A program made the translations under genes and the position numbers. Below the pieces are notes generated by a model. It had not been told where the DNA came from and made no database searches. It worked only from the letters and a program-made list of their open reading frames with translations. A stretch of 62,900 bases of DNA, counting the filler, from Octopus bimaculoides (Eukaryota): assembly GCF_001194135.2 (NCBI RefSeq). It is 3 parts of one record of this genome, joined end to end, with 100 filler letters (N's around TTAATTAATTAA, not from the genome) between each part and the next. Parts side by side here need not be neighbours in the genome. Positions count along the whole stretch, not along the records: positions 25,356 to 54,642 come from NC_068981.1; positions 54,743 to 62,900 come from NC_068981.1; 1 more part is not named here. One strand, written 5' to 3'. This document shows positions 54,229 to 62,900 of the stretch, piece after piece (within the stretch, counting starts at the first letter, position 1; every line of letters starts with the position of its first letter).

Positions 54229-54637
54229 TCTGTAAAAATATGTGACACTTATTCGGTAGCCATGATAAAACTCCTAGTTTCGGATGCCGGGGAGGGAACT
54301 CACGCCAACATCACTTCAGTTATCCGGCCATTGAAAATTCCTGTGAAAAATGACCGTTAAACAAAGGGAAATTACTGTGTGGTTGACCGTTATTAAGACA
54401 AAAGAGCTATAGACACCTAAGTAAGGAGAGGGGTAAAAGTAAGGGAGTAAAAAAGTCTATAGTGTTCGCGTAAGCGCACCAATCCGTATATGTATATACT
54501 AAACCACCCTTGCTTGAAACACACACATGCTCACCCATATACTCGCCAAAAACTATGTTGGCGTGGGTTCCCACCCCGGCATCCGAAACTCGGAGTTTTA
54601 TCATGGCTACCGAATAAGTGTCACATATTTTTACAGA
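54229..54637. mobile_element. Inverted-repeat element (~83-bp arms) carrying a hammerhead-like motif; probable Penelope pseudo-LTR derivative
   Basis: 54229-54311 and ~54555-54637 are reverse complements with about 3 mismatches. Confidence 0.75.
54264..54324 (-). ncRNA. Minimal type I hammerhead-ribozyme-like motif (degenerate at core position 9)
   Basis: gataa CUGAAGU gatgttgg...ccggcatc c GAAA cua g gag UU ttatc: 5-bp stem I, 8-bp stem II, near-palindromic stem III, GUU cleavage triplet. Confidence 0.55.
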
Positions 54638-54642
54638 TATAT

Positions 54643-54742
54643 NNNNNNNNNNNNNNNNNNNNNNNNNNNNNNNNNNNNNNNNNNNNTTAATTAATTAANN
54701 NNNNNNNNNNNNNNNNNNNNNNNNNNNNNNNNNNNNNNNNNN
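54643..54742. other. Synthetic scaffold spacer: 44 N + TTAATTAATTAA + 44 N
   Basis: Identical to 25256-25355. Confidence 0.9.
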
Positions 54743-54781
<39 letters not shown>

Positions 54782-54992
54782 GCATCCATAACATATATGC
54801 ATATATATAATGTGTTGGTGTGTGCGTATGTATGTATGTATGTATGTATGTATGTATATATATATATATATATATACATTTATATATATATATATATATA
54901 TACAAACAAACACACATGAATATGTATATATATTTATGCTTATACACACACACACATATAGACACGCATATATATGTATATGAATATATATA

Positions 54993-55025
<33 letters not shown>

Positions 55026-55155
55026 ATGTATATACATATATATACATGCATATATATATGTATATAGATATATATATACATACATACATACATACATTTA
55101 TACATACATACAAACATATATGCATACATATATACATATATGCATATATATATAA
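54743..55155. repeat. (AT)/(ATAC)/(TG) low-complexity tract
   Basis: Directly visible. Confidence 0.95.
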
Positions 55156-56351
55156 AAGTTGTATGATGGATAGGTTTTCACTGGTGCGTATATCAAATTA
55201 CCTCCACTAATTTATCATTATATCAGTATCTTTTAGTATCACTCGTATCAATATCTCCCATCTGATATCGCTTCTGTATATGTCTGTACGGTCGTATATG
55301 TGAGCGAGTGTTTGTGTGCAACCATGTGTATACTCGCCAATGAATATATGCTTTTAGGCGCGTCTGTACTTCTGTAAACCGTAACTATGTATGGAGTGGA
55401 ATCGTTGAAATATCTCAAATAACAACCTAACTTCCTTTAAGAGATATTGAAAATTTGAGGTCAGAAATATCTTTGTTGAAGACAACGTACTGTACTTCGG
55501 TAAAGTACAGAATATATATATATATATATATTAATTTACTGAATTTTCAGAACCATTATGAAGGCACCTGTCTGCGCATGAGTGTGCGTGCATGTGTACG
55601 CGCGTGCGCGCGTAGTATTTGTGTGGGTCTGGTCATGTATGAGTGCGTATGTGCGCTCGTCTGTGTATTTGTGTGCTTTCATGCGTCTGAGTGTGTGTGT
55701 ACCTTGTCCTTTGAAAGTCTCAATAGCATTAATATTCAAGTCAGCGAGGCAATCACATCTACTTAGCTAATGGACTAGCTAGAAATAACAGCCAAAATTC
55801 AACGAATTCATACCCGACCATCTTTAGAAATCGAAGGATACATAGGTTAATGTAGCCCAAGATAGATTATGATTTAAAATGTGTGAGTGTGTGCGTGCGT
55901 GCACATGCATGTTTCATTATATGTGTCCGTGCGTGTGCGTGTCTGATTTTGCTCTCGTGCAAGTGTATGAATGAGTACGTTTTGCGGTTCTTCGTAATTG
56001 TAAAAATATAAAATAAACAGTAATATTAAAGCCTGCAAGGGAATCACTATGTGGTCGCTCTGCCAGCTAGAAATAGCAGCCAAATCTTCATCAAACCACG
56101 CCTAGTTATCTTTAAAAATGGAAATGCACATTTGATTATGTAGTTATAGATAAGCAATAATTCAAAAATGGGCTTGTCTTGGGTCTAGACGCTCCTTATT
56201 CTCGGCCTGTTTTGTCAGAGCAGATTGTGGAGCTAAGCAACAACTCAACATTACCTAACAGGTTTCCATCAATAAATTTATTCATACAAATGTTGAACTT
56301 ATTTACATTATTTACATTTGAGAGATATTTGTCTTCATCTTGTTTGTTGTT

Positions 56352-56398
56352 AGCACAACGTTTTGGCTGATATACCCTCCAGCCTTCAACAGGTGTCC
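56352..56398 (-). ncRNA. Minimal type I hammerhead-ribozyme-like motif (two core substitutions)
   Basis: ggacac CUGUUGA a ggctg-gagggtatat-cagcc AAAA cg UU gtgct; AACGTT palindrome; A6->U and G12->A relative to the canonical core. Confidence 0.45.
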
Positions 56399-56444
56399 TG
56401 GGGAAATTTCGAACCTGGATTCTCATTCCTTAGGTATTTTTCGA

Positions 56445-56445
<1 letters not shown>

Positions 56446-56511
<66 letters not shown>
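56446..56511. repeat. (TAT)n microsatellite
   Basis: Directly visible. Confidence 0.98.
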
Positions 56512-56514
<3 letters not shown>

Positions 56515-57147
56515 CGACTTAATCCTTTTGTCTGTCCTTGTTTGTCTCCTTGTGGGCAATAAAGAAATGATAATAATAATAATTATTATTATCATTATTA
56601 TTGTTCAATGAGCTTCATAAATAAAAGCTATATTTCTTTCGTATTACACCATTATAGGAATCTCTTGCATAAACGTAGTCCTGCATGTACTAAGCTAACG
56701 AAAAAAAGAAATTAAATAAATACGTTAGCGAAGAAAAAAAATAATACGTGTAAGAGCTAGTGAAACAACAGCACCATAGACTGTTGGTACGATCGAACAG
56801 AATAAACCTGGAGCTATACAACTGTAGCAACATGGACGACAACAACAACAACAACAACAACAATGATAATAATAGTAATAACGAAACCAAGAATAACAAC
56901 AAAAGCAGGAACGTATTACTGTATATATTCTCATTCATAACATTTAGGTGATTTGCAGTGTAAATATCCGCCATTCTGATAAGATTTTGCTGTTTTATTT
57001 ATATCAGGTAACTAAAAAACGAAACCACCAACAACTCCAGACACTAAAGTAAAACTTCATCAATAGATTTGAACTCAATTCATACGGTGGTGAATATACT
57101 GAAAGGCTTATTTTAAAAATTGTATTATTATTCATTTATTTATTTAA

Positions 57148-57330
57148 GATGGCGAGCTGGCTGAACCGTTAGCACGCCTGGCAAAATGCTTAGTGTCGTT
57201 ACGTTCTGACTTCGATTTCCGACGAGGTTGTGTTTGCTTTTCATCCATTTCGGGGTCGATAAAATAAGTATCAGTCGAGAATTGGGGTCGATGTAGTCAC
57301 CCTTCCTCTTCCCACAGAATTTACGGTACG
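57148..57330 (+). mobile_element. SINE family A
   Basis: ggcgagctggctgaaccgttagcacgcc...tttcatccatttcggggtcgataaaataagta. Confidence 0.85.
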
Positions 57331-57484
57331 GTGATTCTGTACTTATGTTGCTATTTAGTGATAGGTGATACAGCAGGCGAAACAAATCAGGCACCGGACA
57401 TAATAATACTTTACGCTGTTTTAAAATGTTATTTTACACAGTGTGTGCAAGCCTCAGGTCGATCTTGATTTTCCTACGACAAAA

Positions 57485-57870
57485 TACAATTGTCGTTGGC
57501 ACTCCGTCGCTTACGACGTCGAGGGTTCCAGTTGATCCGATCAACGGAACAGCCTGCTCGTGAAATTAACGTGCAAGTGGCTGAGCACTCCACAGACACG
57601 TGTACCCTTAACGTAGTTCTCGGGGATATTCAGCGTGACACAGTGTGACAAGGCTGACCCTTTGAATTACAGGCACAACAGAAACAGGAAGTAAGAGAAA
57701 GTTGTGGTGAAAGAGTACAGCAGGGTTGGCCACCATCCCCTGCTGGAGCCTCGTGGAGCTTTAGGTGTTTTTGCTCGATAAACACTCACAACACCCGGTC
57801 TGGGAATCGAAACCGCGATCCTATGACCGCGAGTCCGCTGCCCCAACCACTGGGTCATTGCGCCTCCACT
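57485..57870 (-). mobile_element. tRNA-derived SINE family C, near full length
   Basis: Minus-strand head ggaggcgcaatgacccagtgg (A box)...ggtttcgattccc (B box), followed by a ~300-bp body. Confidence 0.85.
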
Positions 57871-58584
57871 CTAAATACAATAAGTACTAAATAACAGACA
57901 ACTGTTAGATTCGAGATGACTGTATATTCTCTCCTATAAAAAAGAGCTAGCTTACCAACGTTAAGAATTATTATTTATTCAACCGTTATAAATGAGACCT
58001 ATGATCAACGGCGCTCCAGCGAGGACCATATTGACTATTTTGTCAGGCATAGTGCATCTAGAACTATATTAATTAATTACTACAATCCCTTCTTACTTCC
58101 TTTAAACAGAAGGGTTTTATTTAAACGCCATTTTGTTTTAGTTTTCGTTTAGACATGTTTATTCTTCAAAATTATAAAATTTGTAATTTGTTATCATTTA
58201 TCGAAAGAGCACCTTTTAATTTCTTCGTTATCCTAAGAATAACGAATATATGATAACACACTGACTAATATTTATAAGATATTATAGCTATATTTTATTA
58301 CATTACGAACGAATTGCAGATATTAGTTTGTCTTTGTTCAAAGAAGTTTCATATGATAAATTTTTATCAATACAAAGACGGTTGTATTGTACATTATCTA
58401 GAGAAGAGTACATGTTCAGAAATGCGGTATATGTAATACTATGTTCATTGGAATACGCAGATGTACACACATACAAACACACGCACGCACACATGTATGC
58501 GCGTGTGGGTGAGTGATATATACATAAATACGTCTATATAATTCTATATAAATGTATGCATTTATATGTATTCACGCGCGCGCG

Positions 58585-58629
<45 letters not shown>

Positions 58630-58639
58630 NNNNNNNNNN

Positions 58640-58673
<34 letters not shown>

Positions 58674-58743
58674 ATATATATGACAGAGTGTGAGATAGAC
58701 AGACTGACAGACAGAGAGACAGACCGACAGAGAGATAGATAGG

Positions 58744-58792
<49 letters not shown>

Positions 58793-59245
58793 GGAGAGAA
58801 GAAACTTGGTTTGAATTTCCTCCATATCACTTTCTGCTTCATTTATCTTCCATCAAGATACTTCAGCATCCTTTACTCGCCTCTCTCTCTCTCTCTCTCT
58901 CTCTCATTTAATCCACTCTTTTGCCATCCATCTATAAACGCACATTCATACGCACACATACACACACATATACACACATGCACACACATGAGGACAATCT
59001 CATAATCACACACTTGCACACGCGCACACGTACACATAAGGCAGAACCACTTGGCTTCGTTTCCATTCTTCTAGTCTATCAGTGCCACTCACTCTTACAT
59101 CAGGCTAATTGCTTGTAATCTCTGATCTCCGAATTTCCTTAATCCAGACTTCAAATCGAGACGTGCTTCTATCTTTCTCCTCTTCTCTCTGCATCTTTTT
59201 TCTCTTTCCTCTGTCCCTTTCTTTCTCTCTCTCATTTTCGTCACA

Positions 59246-59296
<51 letters not shown>

Positions 59297-59458
59297 CAGT
59301 CTCTCGGTATATGGAACTTCCTATTTCTCTCTGTCTCTTTATCTCCTACTTCATTTCACTCCTCCTTTCATATACTTTCTTTCTCTCATCTCCCCTTCTC
59401 CCCCTCTCAAATTCTACTTCTCAATTCTCTATAGTGCTATATGCGAATGTGTCTGGCC

Positions 59459-59491
<33 letters not shown>

Positions 59492-61569
59492 GCGTATTTC
59501 TTTCTCTGCGAGCTTTAGCTATCATTTCCAAAAGTTCAGCTGGAATTAAAGATTCTCCAATGTTTATCTCTGATAGACAGGCGGGCGGACCAAAAGATAC
59601 GTGGTGGCGATGGCGGTCGCGATGGCGGTCGTGATGGCGGTTGTGGTGGTGGTGGTGGTGGTGTTGGCGATGGTAGCGGCGAGGTAGAGTCGAAGCTGTA
59701 CGTAGATATACGGATAGATAAGTTGAAGAAACAGAAGGAAAGATGGATGGATAAATGGCTGACTGACTGGATTGCTAGACGGTTGGATGGTTAGCTGGAT
59801 AGATGGGATGGTTTGGTGGTAGTGGGGGTGGGCGTAGATGGATGGGTACATTTGAACAGATCGATAGATATTTTGGCAAAATGTAATGCATGTAGGTATA
59901 TGCCTATACACACACGCATGCATATACAGTCATATATACATACGCATACGCACACATGCAAATATATGCAAGCATTTGTTTGCAAAATAAGACTTGCAAA
60001 TGGAAAGTAAGGAATTGAAGCATTTAACAATGAATAAGTCACTAAATTAGATATATATTCATACATATATGCATACATGTACATGTGTATGTTTATGTGT
60101 CTGCGCGTGCACGTGTGTGTGTGTGTGTGTGTATGCGCGCGCGCATGTGTGTGTATGTGCGTGTGCTGATGTTATTCTCTGTTGTTACTGAGGTTTCCAC
60201 GAATCTTTGCTGAATACTCATTAAATAAAGTAGAAAAAAATATAAATGAATTAATATAGTCCGTTAAAATAATACATCGTAATACAGTTCCATTCTCAGT
60301 TTATACCAAAGAACCAGGAACAGAAACACTGGACTTATTCTAAAAAGTATCCGTAATACAGATGGGATATTCCTCATTGCATTATGGGTTTGAAATGCTG
60401 TACTGAGTAAAACCCATTATATTTGCACATTGTTATAGGTGAATTATTTCTATTGAATAGTTAGAAATAGAGAAGACGATTGCCTGAAAAGCATAATATA
60501 AGAATAACATCTGGGAGGAAATTTAGAGGTTTTTATAGAAATGGTTATGGGAGATCAGTGAGGTGAAAATTGTCAACCAGTATAATATCTGTCATAGATC
60601 ACAGTTGGGTCAGGTATGTTTCTTAGAATACAAGGCTGAAACTGAGAAGGCATTTAGGATTCGGCGGTTTCCAACATGCATACAAATAGTTGAGTGTAGC
60701 ATTTTGTGAGACATGGCGATTTATTTTTATATGTGTGTAAGTAAAACTGTGAGCGCATGCGAGTGTGCGTGTTGCATAGTGTTCGTATGTATGTATGGAT
60801 GTTTATATGGTGTGTGTGTGTGCGTGTGTGTGTGTGTGTGTTGTAAACAACGTGTAAATACTAGCTTCTTCTGCTTAAAACACAAAATTACTCAAAACAC
60901 TCGCTTGGAGCATTGCTGCTTTTTAGGAGCCTTCTTCCTCTTCTGTCTTCATGTATCTACACACACGCACGCGCAATACACATACATATACACACATACA
61001 CACATATACACATGCACACACATGTTCTACTTTCTGGTCATTTTCCTTTTTCACCATATCTTCTCCCTCCCATACACATTGCGTGTCTCCTTTGCATTTT
61101 TGTGTATGCAAATTCTATATACATATCTTTGTTATAGTTGAAATGTATATATCATTCATTGAGAGATACTTTGCAAGCCCTCAAGTTAAATATATAACTA
61201 GCAAGTAAACAGACAGGTTACTAACTATATAGTGGGTGGTGATTTCACACTCATGTGCCATGCAGTTGAGTAAATGAAATAGAAATAAAAGAACTAGGAT
61301 CACACATATAGTGAGTTATGAAGAAATAACATTGTACTTCTTTGTCTCCAATGTATTACGATGTCGTTACAGTGTGAACAAATGGTTAGGGTGTTGGCTT
61401 TGCAGCCTCAAGCTCCGGTTTTCGAATCCGCAGCATGATATATGAAAATATAGCTTTTTCTACAGCTCCCGATCGATTTATAGAGGGTGGCACACGCTCA
61501 AGTAGCCCGAATTCCGAAGGATAATCGACCATCACTCTTCTCCAAAATCGCTGGCTTTGCACTGGCTTT

Positions 61570-61694
61570 GTGTAAATACGTGGCACTTTGGGCAAGTGTC
61601 TTCTACTACAGCCTGGGGCCGACTAAATCCCTGCGACCTTGTGAGTGGATTTGGTAGAGAGAAACTGAAAGAAGCCTGTCATACATATATATAT

Positions 61695-61739
<45 letters not shown>
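61570..61739 (+). mobile_element. SINE family B, 3' part plus (CA)n
   Basis: cgtggcactttgggcaagtgtcttctactacagcc...gaaactgaaagaagcctgtc, same family as 18908. Confidence 0.75.
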
Positions 61740-62221
61740 NNNNNNNNNNNNNNNNNNNNNNNNNNNNNNNNNNNNNNNNNNNNNNNNNNNNNNNNNNNNN
61801 NNNNNNNNNNNNNNNNNNNNNNNNNNNNNNNNNNNNNNNNNNNNNNNNNNNNNNNNNNNNNNNNNNNNNNNNNNNNNNNNNNNNNNNNNNNNNNNNNNNN
61901 NNNNNNNNNNNNNNNNNNNNNNNNNNNNNNNNNNNNNNNNNNNNNNNNNNNNNNNNNNNNNNNNNNNNNNNNNNNNNNNNNNNNNNNNNNNNNNNNNNNN
62001 NNNNNNNNNNNNNNNNNNNNNNNNNNNNNNNNNNNNNNNNNNNNNNNNNNNNNNNNNNNNNNNNNNNNNNNNNNNNNNNNNNNNNNNNNNNNNNNNNNNN
62101 NNNNNNNNNNNNNNNNNNNNNNNNNNNNNNNNNNNNNNNNNNNNNNNNNNNNNNNNNNNNNNNNNNNNNNNNNNNNNNNNNNNNNNNNNNNNNNNNNNNN
62201 NNNNNNNNNNNNNNNNNNNNN

Positions 62222-62224
62222 TAT

Positions 62225-62262
<38 letters not shown>

Positions 62263-62299
62263 TGACAGCCAGACAGACAGACAGACAGACAGACAGACT

Positions 62300-62346
<47 letters not shown>

Positions 62347-62350
62347 GGAC

Positions 62351-62392
<42 letters not shown>

Positions 62393-62400
62393 GTAGGTAG
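62222..62400. repeat. (CAGA)n(TAGA)n microsatellite
   Basis: Directly visible. Confidence 0.98.
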
Positions 62401-62847
62401 ACGTCAGTTTTAGTAGTGTTGTTGATATAATTGTATTTCGACCCGGGGGGTCCATCTTTGTTGCTGTTGGTTTCCTATTATCATTAATTCTACCACCGGG
62501 GTCAGAATAATACGTTATTCGGAATGTAAATCTGCGTACGTTGAATACGTGCGCTTCAATATGTGTCTGTGTGTGTGTGAGTGTTTGTGTGTATGAGTTC
62601 GTATGTGTTAAAGGTTTTGGAAAATACAGCTTTCCTTTGTTAAGTTGGTATTTTTAAAGCTGAACCTCTTCATATTGTGCCTTTTTTTTTTTGTATCAGT
62701 GTTTATGTATGTGTATGTGGATATTGTACTATGGGTTTATGATGCCTGCTAGCATTTGTGACCCTCGCTCACACACTTGCGCGCATGCACGCGTACACAC
62801 GTATACATGTATAGGTACGTACACAATGGTAAAGCATTGTTATATGC

Positions 62848-62900
<53 letters not shown>

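Noticed and set aside
59590-59700. GC-rich GGC/GGT/GAT repeat
   Set aside because: A degenerate trinucleotide low-complexity tract among other simple repeats.

Overview
Eukaryotic, AT-rich, microsatellite-dense draft-assembly DNA with about 10 N gaps. The repeat content (SINE families, RTE, CR1, R4/Dong, Penelope-like and Tc1/mariner relics) looks like a coleoid cephalopod, probably Octopus; this is inferred from recognition, not from a search. No complete host gene, rRNA, tRNA gene or CRISPR array can be supported. Almost all ORFs in the supplied track are microsatellite, gap or transposon artefacts. The window has two compositional halves. Positions ~300-25,000 are strongly CpG-depleted, and SINE/LINE copies there carry CpG->TpG/CpA changes relative to sister copies on the right, suggesting a germline-methylated gene body with small, hard-to-see exons. 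Positions ~25,400-62,900 retain CpG and are packed with transposon relics. The most unusual signal is a set of minimal type I hammerhead-ribozyme-like folds (CUGANGA / stem II / GAAA / palindromic stem III / NUH) at 54.3 kb, 56.4 kb and more weakly 30.4 kb. They sit in unrelated short Penelope-type repeats, and each copy here has core substitutions. Also notable: a head-to-tail stack of R4/Dong elements at TAA/GAA microsatellites, an RTE nested in a Tigger-like element next to a DD41D transposon, a foldback MITE, and two identical synthetic 100-bp scaffold spacers.
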